A stretch of DNA of 64,000 bases. Source: a virus. This document shows, piece after piece, positions 1-9,989 of the stretch. The notes under the pieces were generated by a model that did no database searches, was not told the DNA's origin, and was given only the letters and a program-made list of their open reading frames with translations. Every line of letters begins with the position of its first letter. Position 1 is the stretch's first letter. The translations under genes and the position numbers were made by a program. The stretch lies in IMG/VR virus record IMGVR_UViG_3300036981_000377, positions 1-64,000 of that record; one strand, 5' to 3'.

Positions 1-2504
1 CCAACCGCTACAACGTAAATACCATTCTGGGTTGTTGTTGTCTGGTCTTTAACAAGCACACGGTCGTTAGCAGCAAGCGCGACACCGTCGATAGTTTGCA
101 GCGCAGCAAGCGCCCCAAGGTGAGCAGTCGTTGCCGCCCGCACAGACGCCTTAACGTCTAGCCCCTGTACAAGTGCGTCAACCTGAGCGGATGTGTACGC
201 ATCAGTAATACCGTAACCAGCCAACGTCGTTGGATTTGTACCGGCTGTGACCCGCCCGTAAGTATCAACTGTTACACTTCTATACGTGCCGACGGACGCG
301 ATGATGCTACCAGTAAGGTTTATAGAGTCGGCGCTTACCGTTAACGAGCCGTTGCCAGTAGACGCGACGTCAATTGTGCCAGGCGTAGCCTGCGTTAAAC
401 CGTTGCCCGCAGTAACAGTGACCGAAGCCGCGGCGGCAGCTGCCGCCGCGTCTGCGTAAGCGGTGGTAGCAATCTGCGTGCTGTTATTTGCCGCAGTGGC
501 TGTCGGAGCCGTCGGCACGCCGGTAAGCGCTGGGCCCTCGGCAAACACAAGAATGCCCGTGCCCGTGCTGTCCGGCGTAACGCCTGACATAATGGCGTCG
601 CGCAGTTCGGTTGCTGTGATCGTTTCTTTACTGCTCGGCGTTACGCGGCCATACTTGTCAGCGTGAACTTTGATGTACGCTGTGGTCAATGACGTAGGGT
701 CAGTTGCAACAGAAACACCGCCAATGTCCGGCACGAGGCCAAGATCGACACCGACTTCAGTGACATTAATGCGTGTCGCGTCTGCTGTTTTAACGTAAAA
801 AGACCGCCCGTCGCGCCCTAAACCAACGCCGGCACGGAAATCCAGCAACGCCTGCGGCGACTCAAAAACAACGGGGTGGGTGCCAATGGTAAGCGGCTCA
901 AAATTTGCGACCTGTACAAAGCCGCTGTTTTTGTTAATTGTGCCGTATTTTACGCGGATATAACTGCCATAAGCCAACTCACCTGTTTCGTCAGCAGAGG
1001 GGTGCCGAATCCACGCGCCGGCTGTTTTAATGTAGTACAGGCCGTTCGTGATTTGGTTCACCTCGTTCTTGACCAGCACAACGCTGCCCAACCGCGGGGG
1101 CGAAAGCGCAAGATTTTCAAAAACAGTCTGGACACCGTCGATGATCGGTGTACCGGATAATGAACCTGCAGTGCCTGTCCAATTTGAGTCGTATGTAAAC
1201 AGCGCAACTTCGCCGGGAAACTGGTCATCAATAATAAAACTAGAAGCGTGCGTTGTGATGTTGAATATTTTGTTTGCGTTGGTTGCGCCTTCACGGACGA
1301 GGACTTTAGTGTTGTGCGCGGCGACGGCTTCTGCGTCTTCATTGAAATCACCGGCACGTGACACAACGCTGTAAAAGTCTGGTTGCCCTGTCGTGAAACT
1401 AATGGCCAGTGTTTTGTCGTAATTGACGCGATAGATACCCGCGCGCGAACTGTCGTAGTCGCCGCTCTCGTCGCCGGTACCGTCGCCGGCCGTGTAGCCA
1501 ACTGGGTTATGGCCGCCGGGGTTCTCATTCTTAGGCGTCCAGATAAAGCGGTCGTTTTGATTTAATACAATACCGTCAATAACAACTTTACCGTTTATGA
1601 TTTGGTAATAATCGCTCTTGGCGCGGACAACCCGTTTAAACTTTATGTTGGCCCCAGCCGGTACTGTCGTCGAACCCGTGCTGTGCTGAATAAAAGTAAG
1701 CGTATTAAAATTAGGCCCGCCAACATCCTTTGTCGGATTTAGCGGGTCGCTTGCTACAGCGAACGTCTTATTTGCACTGTCGCCCGCGGTTACGAAAACA
1801 CGCGCGCCATACGTGTACAACTGCGAAACGTTCAAGCCGGTTTCGCGGACCCACGCATTGAGGTTTGTATTGTTGGTGCCAGCAGGAATCGTCCAGATGC
1901 CGATGTTCGTCGGGTCCAAGTGACCCATAATTAAAACGCGATCGCCGGCGGCAAGTTGCACGCTTTGAACAACTGGCAGACCCTTTAATTCGTACAGCGC
2001 CAGACCCGCGGTGGCTGACGCCGGCTGCGGGACAGCAACTCTTACACTACCGAGCCCTTGAAGATTGTCGTAGTAGTTGCCAGCAACAATAGGCACAGTT
2101 GTCGCGACGTCGGCGGCAACTGGGAAAAGCGACATGCCGCTTCCAGTTCCGCGAGCCAGCGCGCTGTCAACGTACTCAGTGCTGGCCAGCAACTTGCCGC
2201 CTTGCGCACTGTCAGCCGAAGGCGGAAAAGTATTCGTGTACGCGTAGGCTTCGTCACCTACCGCGACGTAACCAGTAGTCTTTACGTTGCCAAACGTTGC
2301 TGTGCCGGTCCACACAGCGCCATCGCCAGCAAGGGCAACGGCAGTCGCGTTCTGTTCAACGCCGTTCGTGTCGCCTTGGCGGCCAATGTACAGCGTGTTA
2401 TTGATCTCGTTAAACGCTAGTTCGGCATTGCGTAAAAGAGCGGGGACCGCTGTGCCGCCGGCGCCGCCAACAAGACGCCGTTTGATACGAATAACATTGG
2501 CCAT
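1..2504 (-). CDS. Tail fibre / virion structural protein, partial (runs off the left edge; absent from the ORF track)
   Basis: ATG at 2504 with GGAG upstream. The frame is open to the window edge (about 834 codons): MANVIRIKRR...ELAFNE... Four copies of an IDGV-x-L-xx-DRVLVK...NGIY-type module, plus PALTGVPTAPTA...TQIATTAY and SVTVDTYGRVTAG motifs typical of phage tail fibres. Confidence 0.8.
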   Translation of the reverse strand, partial: MANVIRIKRRLVGGAGGTAVPALLRNAELAFNEINNTLYIGRQGDTNGVEQNATAVALAGDGAVWTGTATFGNVKTTGYVAVGDEAYAYTNTFPPSADSAQGGKLLASTEYVDSALARGTGSGMSLFPVAADVATTVPIVAGNYYDNLQGLGSVRVAVPQPASATAGLALYELKGLPVVQSVQLAAGDRVLIMGHLDPTNIGIWTIPAGTNNTNLNAWVRETGLNVSQLYTYGARVFVTAGDSANKTFAVASDPLNPTKDVGGPNFNTLTFIQHSTGSTTVPAGANIKFKRVVRAKSDYYQIINGKVVIDGIVLNQNDRFIWTPKNENPGGHNPVGYTAGDGTGDESGDYDSSRAGIYRVNYDKTLAISFTTGQPDFYSVVSRAGDFNEDAEAVAAHNTKVLVREGATNANKIFNITTHASSFIIDDQFPGEVALFTYDSNWTGTAGSLSGTPIIDGVQTVFENLALSPPRLGSVVLVKNEVNQITNGLYYIKTAGAWIRHPSADETGELAYGSYIRVKYGTINKNSGFVQVANFEPLTIGTHPVVFESPQALLDFRAGVGLGRDGRSFYVKTADATRINVTEVGVDLGLVPDIGGVSVATDPTSLTTAYIKVHADKYGRVTPSSKETITATELRDAIMSGVTPDSTGTGILVFAEGPALTGVPTAPTATAANNSTQIATTAYADAAAAAAAASVTVTAGNGLTQATPGTIDVASTGNGSLTVSADSINLTGSIIASVGTYRSVTVDTYGRVTAGTNPTTLAGYGITDAYTSAQVDALVQGLDVKASVRAATTAHLGALAALQTIDGVALAANDRVLVKDQTTTTQNGIYVVAV

Positions 2505-2574
2505 GAGATTACTCCGAATAAGGGATATCGCCGAGTTCAGTATACTCGGAGAAACTTAGCAACCAAAAAAAAGA

Positions 2575-2871
2575 TCAAAATTCGCCGCCGTCCATAGCTA
2601 GCGTATCTACTTCTTTAACCCATACGCAATTTTCACAATCCTCAGTACCGTCATCAACAGTTAAAATCCACACGTTATTATTGTCTTCAACCGTCCTGAC
2701 TGTCATACCAACACTGCGCCGGGCTGGCGGAATAGCGTCTCGGGCGGCAATATTTGGCACCGACCGATACCCGCCCTTACCATAACTAGCGTCATGCGTC
2801 GGGAAGATATCCTCGTCAGTGGCAGGTAAAATAGGCGCGCCTAAATTAATACCGCCCGAAATCGCCCCCAT
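2575..2871 (-). CDS. Small tail-fibre-associated protein
   Basis: 98 aa; GKGGYRSV...RDAIP..RR..GM motif and C-terminal DGGEF; lies between two fibre-like genes. Confidence 0.5.
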   Translation of the reverse strand: MGAISGGINLGAPILPATDEDIFPTHDASYGKGGYRSVPNIAARDAIPPARRSVGMTVRTVEDNNNVWILTVDDGTEDCENCVWVKEVDTLAMDGGEF

Positions 2872-4247
2872 TACTGCACCTCGATGTCAATATCTTGGGA
2901 ATTTTGCGTGTATTGCGTGCGGTAAATATTGTATTGCGTTGCTATGTTGTAGCGGTTATAGAAAAGCCGCGTCGTCAATACCCACGCGCTAGTAGAAACA
3001 TACCCGTTGAATTTAATTACGGCTAGGCCTAAAGCTGCCGGGTATGCAATATAAATGTACTGACCAGCCGGATTAAAATCTGGAAGCAGACGAGCCTTTG
3101 AAGAGGTTGCAGCTGTCACGAACGCGCTGCCGGCGTCAGGCTCGCTTGTCGGAAGCGTTTGCCAGATTTCCAAGTCGGTAATATTCGGCGACGTGGAAAT
3201 ACCCCAATACATTTTATGTTTCGGGGTAATCGTAACCGTATTTGCCGATGTTTTTGTACCTGCAGCAATTGGCGGATCGACAAAGGCGCCCATGTTGTCA
3301 GGTTTTTGTGCGCCAGCTCCGTAAGCCGCGGTGCCGTTAAAAGAAGTTACGGCAGTAAGTGGCGACGAAAAAGTGTGTGAGTAATTGGTTGGCGTTGTAG
3401 CGTTTATCGTAGTTAATACGGTGCCGCCGGTGGTCTGATATTTGAACTGCGTAGCGTTGCCTGCATCGTTTTTTGCCCACGCCAGCGCCATAGCGATTGT
3501 CGGCGTATCACCATATTCGTACTCAATTGCGGATGAGGTCGCTATCGTGAGGGTCGGTTGCGTGTACGTTGCGGGAACCCGGATTTGCAACATATTCCTG
3601 ATAATAGTCGTTAACGCTGTCCCGGCCGGAATAGTAGTGCCGTCCGAGTATCCGCCTTGCGTTACAGCCATTACCGTAATTGACGCGTCAAGCGCAATGT
3701 CGTCGGTTTGTAGCGCAACAGTGCCCGTCTGTCCGTTTACGCTGGTTACGTCGTTAGGACTGATTTCAACGTAGCCGGACCCGCTCCACCGATATGTTCT
3801 CCTAGTATCGACAGTGACGTAGATTTTTCCGCTTTCTCCCGTTGCCGGAAAAGCAGCAAGATTGGCGTACTCAATAACGTCGTCTACGTAACTAGGCAAG
3901 TACTGGCTGGGAATAGTACCTGCCACAAGCGGCGCGTAAAAATCAGATATCGAGCCGTTAACCCACGCGCTTGTCGCCGCGTTGTATAGCAGCACGTCAC
4001 CGGCTACTGGCGTTTGAATCGTGACGTCGTCTAGGTGCGTTAAATTAAGAACAACTGTGCCGTTTTGTCCGTTTACAGACACAACGGCGGGCGTTACCAC
4101 CGTCTGCACAATCGTAATAATATCGCCAATAGTTGTCTTTTTATTTACGTAATTGGGCGAGCCAAACTGCAGGTCAACAATCGGTATGATGTCGTTTATC
4201 GCTAGCGCGGCTTTGCGCGGTAACGACGAAATTCGTAAGTCTGCCAT
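2871..4247 (-). CDS. Tail fibre / virion structural protein
   Basis: 458 aa, Thr/Ala-rich; SVNGQxGTV repeated twice; LPSYVDDVIEY...FPATGESGKIYV...YRWSGSGYVEIS motif common in phage fibre proteins. Confidence 0.7.
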   Translation of the reverse strand: MADLRISSLPRKAALAINDIIPIVDLQFGSPNYVNKKTTIGDIITIVQTVVTPAVVSVNGQNGTVVLNLTHLDDVTIQTPVAGDVLLYNAATSAWVNGSISDFYAPLVAGTIPSQYLPSYVDDVIEYANLAAFPATGESGKIYVTVDTRRTYRWSGSGYVEISPNDVTSVNGQTGTVALQTDDIALDASITVMAVTQGGYSDGTTIPAGTALTTIIRNMLQIRVPATYTQPTLTIATSSAIEYEYGDTPTIAMALAWAKNDAGNATQFKYQTTGGTVLTTINATTPTNYSHTFSSPLTAVTSFNGTAAYGAGAQKPDNMGAFVDPPIAAGTKTSANTVTITPKHKMYWGISTSPNITDLEIWQTLPTSEPDAGSAFVTAATSSKARLLPDFNPAGQYIYIAYPAALGLAVIKFNGYVSTSAWVLTTRLFYNRYNIATQYNIYRTQYTQNSQDIDIEVQ

Positions 4248-4260
4248 AAAAATATCACTG

Positions 4261-4578
4261 TTAAAATTTGTAGTTTGTTTCGTCGTCTTGTTCGTAATAA
4301 GCGCGTTTGGGTTTTTTCTTGTGATTTTCAGTGTTGCCGTCTAAGGTGTCGGCGGCTTTGTTAAGCCATTTAGCAAGTTTACGGGCGTCTACTGCGGACA
4401 ATATTGGAGAGTATTTTTCTGTGCCTGCGGCGTTAACGACAATCCCAGCTTCTACTCCGGCGCCCATCTCCCACTCACCAACTTGTGCGATAACGTAAGG
4501 AACCTCTGCCCGAGATACGTCTGCACGAAAATTCTGGAACTCGATCTCGTCCGGCGTGTTGATCCGTAATGTAGCCAC
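4261..4578 (-). CDS. Hypothetical protein
   Basis: 105 aa ORF tiling the minus strand (GTG start). Confidence 0.6.
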   Translation of the reverse strand: MATLRINTPDEIEFQNFRADVSRAEVPYVIAQVGEWEMGAGVEAGIVVNAAGTEKYSPILSAVDARKLAKWLNKAADTLDGNTENHKKKPKRAYYEQDDETNYKF

Positions 4579-4582
4579 AACT

Positions 4583-4843
4583 TTAAATATCCTCTGAGGT
4601 CATATCGTCAAACACAATTAGAGTGTGGTCGCCGGCATTGAGATTCAAAACGTGCCATTGGTAATAGTCTGGAACATCCGCCGCGCTTAAGCCGTTACCT
4701 ATTAATATCGCATAAATGGCTTTTTTGCTGTATATGGCGACAGGAGCGCGAAAAGCCGCACGCCCCAAACCGATAATTGCGCTATCTAGCCGGCTGTCGA
4801 GTAAGGCGGCTTCCGGGTTTAAACGGAGAAGTTTTTGACGCAT
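4583..4843 (-). CDS. Conserved phage hypothetical protein
   Basis: LDSAIIG...AIYS...DYY.W.VL resembles a widespread small phage family. Confidence 0.55.
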   Translation of the reverse strand: MRQKLLRLNPEAALLDSRLDSAIIGLGRAAFRAPVAIYSKKAIYAILIGNGLSAADVPDYYQWHVLNLNAGDHTLIVFDDMTSEDI

Positions 4844-5255
4844 TTGACTGGGCCATCGTTTTTGGCGCGCTTTCGGTAAAATCAGCCAAAAATATTATTG
4901 CAACTTTTGCCGCCCGACGTAAACCCTCATTTATACCCGCATGAAACTGGGTTTTAGGTTGTTTGACGTCGCGGGCGCCCAGATCTGCAATTGTACTCAA
5001 TGCCGCCGTAAATTTAGCTTTAAGCTGCCGGTATTCTGTCGACTGCTTAATAACGTCGGTCGAGTGGTCGGCGTCTTGGGCCACCAGCCGGCTTACTAAA
5101 AGCGCGTTACCGCCAAATTGCTTCAATGCTTTGGCTAGATGCAGCAGCTCGACTGTGCCTGCGTAGTCTGTTTTGGGCGTATGTTGCTGAGCTAACGAGA
5201 ATAGATTCTCGGCTAGCTTTAGTAAGTCTACCGAGTTATCGGCTTTTACGCGCAT
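4782..5255 (-). CDS. Hypothetical protein
   Basis: 157 aa helical ORF whose start overlaps the end of tmk. Confidence 0.55.
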   Translation of the reverse strand: MRVKADNSVDLLKLAENLFSLAQQHTPKTDYAGTVELLHLAKALKQFGGNALLVSRLVAQDADHSTDVIKQSTEYRQLKAKFTAALSTIADLGARDVKQPKTQFHAGINEGLRRAAKVAIIFLADFTESAPKTMAQSNASKTSPFKPGSRLTRQPAR

Positions 5256-5887
5256 GTGATTCCCTTCATTTGCGAGTTAAAAACTGCCCGAACGTCAAAG
5301 AAAATGCTTGTGATATCTTCTTGAATTTTGTTTTGCGGGCGATCTGCATTAATAACGTGCATACTCTTCCCGCAAGCCGGTTCTTCGGCAAAGTCTTTGT
5401 AGGCTGCCCGCATCATCTGTTTGTCTTTAAGCGTGACACGTTCGTAGCGGTCTTTGCGTGTCTCGTGGCTTTTGCGCTCATCTGCGCTGGCCGGGTCAAT
5501 ATCCAGCAGAAAACACAGATCGGGCGACAGGCTTGTGGCGCAGAATATGTCCATGATTAACTGCGCATCTACGCCGTTAAGCGCCGACTGATACACAAGC
5601 GTGGACAAAAGCCAGCGATCACATATTACAATTTTGCCAGCTTGTCGCTGTTTTTTAATGTGCTGGCTGAGCTCGGCACGGGCAGAAGAGAACAGCAGCA
5701 TCTGCGAATTAGGCGAAATGGGGTCGTCGCAATCTAGGATTAACTGCCTAATAGCTTTTCCTAGTTTTGTAGTCCCCGGGTCACAAACCAGCTCGACAGC
5801 AAAACCAGCGGCATGCAAATAATCACGTAGAAGTCGCGCTTGTGTTGACTTCCCCGCGCCATCAATGCCCTCAAGGCAAACGAACAT
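5246..5887 (-). CDS. tmk: Thymidylate (dTMP) kinase
   Basis: P-loop EGIDGAGKSTQ, LLFSSARAE, ICDRW...YQ, PDLCFLLD. Confidence 0.93.
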   Translation of the reverse strand: MFVCLEGIDGAGKSTQARLLRDYLHAAGFAVELVCDPGTTKLGKAIRQLILDCDDPISPNSQMLLFSSARAELSQHIKKQRQAGKIVICDRWLLSTLVYQSALNGVDAQLIMDIFCATSLSPDLCFLLDIDPASADERKSHETRKDRYERVTLKDKQMMRAAYKDFAEEPACGKSMHVINADRPQNKIQEDITSIFFDVRAVFNSQMKGITCA

Positions 5888-5897
5888 TTTTGGTTCC

Positions 5898-6200
5898 TTA
5901 ACGCCCAGTAATATTCACGCTCGTATTGTCGACTTTTACACGATCACCGCGCCCAGCTATACCGCCAATAGAAACCGCTGTGCCGCTAAACTCGAGCGGC
6001 GCGTTTGCCGTTAGCAGCAACTCGTCGCCATTGGCAAAGCGAAGCGAGAATCCTTCTACCGTCTGCCCAACGCCGACAACGCATTTCTTTTGCAGCCATT
6101 CTTTTGCAAACAAGCAAAACGCGTCAATGGTTGCTGGCGTGCCGCCGTCTGCTTGCGCGTTAAAATCAGCCTGAATTACGTTTATTACGTTTTCTACCAC
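5898..6200 (-). CDS. Hypothetical protein
   Basis: 100 aa ORF with GTG start and GGAG upstream. Confidence 0.55.
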   Translation of the reverse strand: MVENVINVIQADFNAQADGGTPATIDAFCLFAKEWLQKKCVVGVGQTVEGFSLRFANGDELLLTANAPLEFSGTAVSIGGIAGRGDRVKVDNTSVNITGR

Positions 6201-6960
6201 GTTGAGGCTCCTCTTTTTCTTGCTTGACAGCGATATTTTTAGCCGCGTGCCTGCTGCGTATTCCAGTTGTCATCTTGGCTACATTGCGCGCCATACGCGC
6301 GTCTTCTTTTAGTTTCTTAATGATTTGATTTGCGTCACCGATAAGATTGCGCGCTGCGTGAGCGTATAGCCGTAGCGTGTAATACTTAGCGGCGGCGTGA
6401 ATACACAATAGGTCGCCATCTAACTGCGCGAGGATTTTACGTGATTTTGGAATTGCTGCAATAGTGCCGGGCTGCAGTAATCTCACCGTTTCTTGAGCCG
6501 TGCATATGATTGCCGCCACGGCTACTATTTGCGTCGCTAACGGGCTGACGCTTAAACGCCCGCGGTACTCAATATCTCTCTTTGTTTCAACCAGCCTTAA
6601 ATCGCGACTAAGCGTGGATACCATCGTCGCAATTTGTACGTTGGTTACGTCGGCAATTACTTCAAAGGTACTGCGGCAGGTATTAATTGTCTCGCTAAGC
6701 AAAGACGCGTGCACGATGGCCGCAACGATTTCGTGGCTATCTGGCGGAACTGCGTCGCCGCGCATGTCGTTAAAAAGCTTTTGCGATATTTGCTCTGCCA
6801 GCCGCGCGACACTTACGCAATGTGTGTAGGTAACGGTATCTGTAACCGTAAGCGTGTCGCCGTAGGTACCTTTAGCAAAGTTTATTGTGCAATCAACGCT
6901 TAATTCTTGTTTATTCATAGGCGCCTCCGTGCGACCTAGCTGTCGAATATATTTGTCCAA
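6166..6960 (-). CDS. Degenerate RelA/SpoT/Mesh1-type HD-domain protein
   Basis: YTHCVSVA...ASLLSETINT..STFEVI...IATMVSTLSRD...QIVAVAAII follows the spacing of YxxHPxxVA...AALLHDxxEDT...VKLADR, with the HD/ED/D residues substituted. Confidence 0.55.
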   Translation of the reverse strand: MDKYIRQLGRTEAPMNKQELSVDCTINFAKGTYGDTLTVTDTVTYTHCVSVARLAEQISQKLFNDMRGDAVPPDSHEIVAAIVHASLLSETINTCRSTFEVIADVTNVQIATMVSTLSRDLRLVETKRDIEYRGRLSVSPLATQIVAVAAIICTAQETVRLLQPGTIAAIPKSRKILAQLDGDLLCIHAAAKYYTLRLYAHAARNLIGDANQIIKKLKEDARMARNVAKMTTGIRSRHAAKNIAVKQEKEEPQRGRKRNKRNSG

Positions 6961-7976
6961 CTCATCTCAAACGCAGTCCTGCGCGAGTTCAAGTTGTAGT
7001 TGGTTTTTTGCATCATTTTTTGGATATAGCGTGGCTCTGCGATTAACTGCTGCAAAAGATACACGAATTGCTCGTAATCGGGTAGAGCATGTATCACGCC
7101 ATTTTCGTCGTAGTCTGTTGTTGTGGTCAATAATGTGGCGTTATTGTCTGGATACAGAAAATCAATTTGAGGCGGAACAGCCATACTGATAACCGGCGTA
7201 CCCATCGTAATCGACGTTAAAGAGCACAACCCGTAGTTGTCGCACTCCGCGGGATTTATGGTCAAATCGTTTTCCGCGTAGAGCTGATGGCGGTTAGCTA
7301 TCGGAACGCCGCGAATTAGGCGCACCCGGCCAGCGTTATTTTTTGCCATATTGCCGAAGAACTTAGCGATTGGCGGGGAGAACTGACTGGGTGTTATGGC
7401 TACGGTTAAGTGAACCTCTTCCATGTGCTCAACTAAAAATTTAAGCGAGCTAATGAATTGGCCACCCGTGCAACGCGCATTTCGATCAAACCACGGCAAA
7501 AACAGTTTGATTTTGCGCGGATCAATGTGCTTGTTTTTCTTTATTATCGGCAGCCCGGTGTCAAACGGAATAAGCTCAGTCGTTTTGAGTTTATAGATAT
7601 CCGTAAACAACGTGTGGCACTCGGCGCTCATAGTCACGACGCGATTAGCCGCCTGTAGCGCTTTTCGAAAAGGCGGAATAATATCTTGCCACATAGGGGC
7701 AATGACCGTAAAAATCCCGCGTTTTTTTGTCCAGGAGATCTGCTCAGGTCGCGGGATATGCGTCCAGACAATGACGCGTTGCTTTATCGCCCAGTCAGTA
7801 AACTTAATTACGTTACGCGTTGTGACAGCAGAGTCACAGGGCACACCAAGTTTTGCTGGCGTGCTGTCTGAGTAAATATCAAAGTTTGCGCCAATTTTAC
7901 GCAACAGCTGCGTAAGCCGTACTGCTAGATACGCCTGATCACAATGGGCGTAATGTGTGTAAATGCCTACGCGCAT
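6936..7976 (-). CDS. Glycosyltransferase (GT-B fold, GT4-like)
   Basis: LYAENDLTINPAECDNYGLCSLTSITMGTPVI matches the GT4 C-terminal D-x-x-x-x-P-x-x-x-E/D-x-F/Y-G...G-x-PVI motif. Confidence 0.75.
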   Translation of the reverse strand: MRVGIYTHYAHCDQAYLAVRLTQLLRKIGANFDIYSDSTPAKLGVPCDSAVTTRNVIKFTDWAIKQRVIVWTHIPRPEQISWTKKRGIFTVIAPMWQDIIPPFRKALQAANRVVTMSAECHTLFTDIYKLKTTELIPFDTGLPIIKKNKHIDPRKIKLFLPWFDRNARCTGGQFISSLKFLVEHMEEVHLTVAITPSQFSPPIAKFFGNMAKNNAGRVRLIRGVPIANRHQLYAENDLTINPAECDNYGLCSLTSITMGTPVISMAVPPQIDFLYPDNNATLLTTTTDYDENGVIHALPDYEQFVYLLQQLIAEPRYIQKMMQKTNYNLNSRRTAFEMSWTNIFDS

Positions 7977-7990
7977 GCATAATTTCCAGC

Positions 7991-9976
7991 TTAACTTAAG
8001 CCGGGAGGTACTGGAGCTTGCGCGGCTGCTCCTCCGCCATACTGCTGCTGCATAAGCATAGCGCCGCCTTCCGACTGCGCCTGCTGGCGAATATCGTCGA
8101 TGATACTGCGAACAAGCGCGTGCATCGTAGCGTCTGAGCGCTTGAGTTTAATAAGCTGGCTGTCTTTTTGGCCTTCAGGTAGAGACAGCAACTGTTGCGC
8201 GATAAGCTGCGCTTGCGCTTGCAGATCTTCGGGGGTGCGCGGCACATTTGGCGAGTTCTGCCGCTGCATTAAAAATTGGTCGACTGGGTCTGTCGGGGGC
8301 CCGGGAGTCATCGCAGCTCCGGGCGGCATTCCGGGTGCGGCGGGAGGCATTCCGGGCGCGGCGGGCATCATGCCCTGTTGTTGCGGCGCCATCCCTGTCG
8401 CACCCGCGCCCGGATCGCCAACCCCACCCATCATCTGCGCATTTTGAGACAAAGATTCCATTTGCTGCGCTTGTTCCATCTCGCGCTGCATACGTGTTTG
8501 CTCTTCGGCAAATGTGCGCTCTTCCTCGAGCATACGCCGCGTTTCTTCGTCGTAATCCAACCCAACAGATTTGAGCCCTGTGCCCTTGCTGATCTGCTGC
8601 CCCATCATGAGCTGGAGCTTAGCCATCTGGCGGTTGAGGTCGTCGGCGTGCGTTACGCGCGTTAGAGAAATTTTAGCTTGCTCCCACGACTTAGTCTTAG
8701 CTACTGTCGCGGCCACGTGGTTTAAAAACCGGTTTAAGTTATGCGGTAAGTGCGTCCAGTTTGCTTCAAACAAACGTAGCGCTGCCGGAGCAGCCTGCAT
8801 GTTAAGCGTGCCGTTAAACAGCTCAACCGGCATACCGATGCATTTAAGCAAAGTATCAAAACCTTGATCCAACAATTCTTTTGGCGCTAATTGTGAGGCG
8901 TCACCGCCAAGCGCTTGATAGTTCACCGGAAACGGCAACACATTCCACCGGGCGGGGTCAGAACGGCGGGCGCGCAACATAGCCTGTACGCGCGACGTGA
9001 AATTACCAAGATTGATTGTGTGAACAGGATCGCTGGACTGTCCGTCGCCGCCGCGAGGAGCAGGCGTAATGACCCGAAACGGAATTACGTAGTCGAGGGC
9101 TACGGCTTCGTTGTAGCGCATAAGGATTTGGACATACCAAGCCTGCCGGAAATTGGCGAGGATGCGAGAGATGCCCCAACCGCGATTGCGTAACCCAGAT
9201 AGCGCATCTTCCTTTAAATGGAAAATGATATCTTTGTCGAACATTAGGTTTTGGTTGTTTTTTACCGCCTGAATAATTTCCCAGCTAGCGCGCTCAAGAT
9301 GGTGCAGGTGCCCCTGTTTGATTAGCGTGCGGTAATCTTCTGGAATACGCCATACGTGCTGCACATCGTTTGTGTACGGATCCCAAAGCAATTCAATTTC
9401 GTGAGGGCTCCAACGTTTAATTTTTAAATTTGCGCTGTCTCCCCCGCGGCGGTCGATGTGTGTCCACACGCCCGTATATTTGCAATTTGGGCATGTAGCG
9501 TGAAATTCGAAGTCCTGCCACTTAAACGCGCACGCTGGTTTATTGAAAACCTGCGATAGTGGCATTTCCATCCCACAGCGCTTACAAGACAAGTAACGCT
9601 TAAACGGCACAATGACGCTGGTAAAGCTGTTGCCGTACGTTAAATAGTCCATAGCTACAGAGTGCAGCTCGTTCTTAATCCCTAACGTATCATTAAAGAA
9701 TTCTTCGTACTTGTACTTTTCTTCGCGGCTAAGCTGGCTTTTACCGATGTCTTCTATTTGAATGTCTGTCAAAAAGTAAGACACAACGCGGTCAATAGCC
9801 TGCCGATACAGGCCGTTGCAGTTCATGATAAATTCGCACCAGCGCAATGCGGCCTGAATAGACTCAGGCATGTGCAGCGAGGCGATATCGCAGAACGGGT
9901 CCGGGAACCGGTCATCCGCGGACATGCCGGGACCGGAGGCGGCAAAATGGTCGGTGAGTGTATTTGGAGAAACCAC
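7991..9976 (-). CDS. Putative portal protein with Zn-ribbon insertion and Q/M/P/G-rich tail
   Basis: 661 aa; YRQAIDRVVSYF, DYLTYGNSFTS, IFHLK...RGWGIS and IGMPVELF fit portal architecture; CKRC...CPNC insert. Confidence 0.6.
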   Translation of the reverse strand: MVSPNTLTDHFAASGPGMSADDRFPDPFCDIASLHMPESIQAALRWCEFIMNCNGLYRQAIDRVVSYFLTDIQIEDIGKSQLSREEKYKYEEFFNDTLGIKNELHSVAMDYLTYGNSFTSVIVPFKRYLSCKRCGMEMPLSQVFNKPACAFKWQDFEFHATCPNCKYTGVWTHIDRRGGDSANLKIKRWSPHEIELLWDPYTNDVQHVWRIPEDYRTLIKQGHLHHLERASWEIIQAVKNNQNLMFDKDIIFHLKEDALSGLRNRGWGISRILANFRQAWYVQILMRYNEAVALDYVIPFRVITPAPRGGDGQSSDPVHTINLGNFTSRVQAMLRARRSDPARWNVLPFPVNYQALGGDASQLAPKELLDQGFDTLLKCIGMPVELFNGTLNMQAAPAALRLFEANWTHLPHNLNRFLNHVAATVAKTKSWEQAKISLTRVTHADDLNRQMAKLQLMMGQQISKGTGLKSVGLDYDEETRRMLEEERTFAEEQTRMQREMEQAQQMESLSQNAQMMGGVGDPGAGATGMAPQQQGMMPAAPGMPPAAPGMPPGAAMTPGPPTDPVDQFLMQRQNSPNVPRTPEDLQAQAQLIAQQLLSLPEGQKDSQLIKLKRSDATMHALVRSIIDDIRQQAQSEGGAMLMQQQYGGGAAAQAPVPPGLS

Positions 9977-9989
9977 GGTAGCCGCCCAA

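Noticed and set aside
8290-8430. GC-rich tandem repeats as a separate element
   Set aside because: They simply encode the PAAPGMP low-complexity tail of the putative portal.
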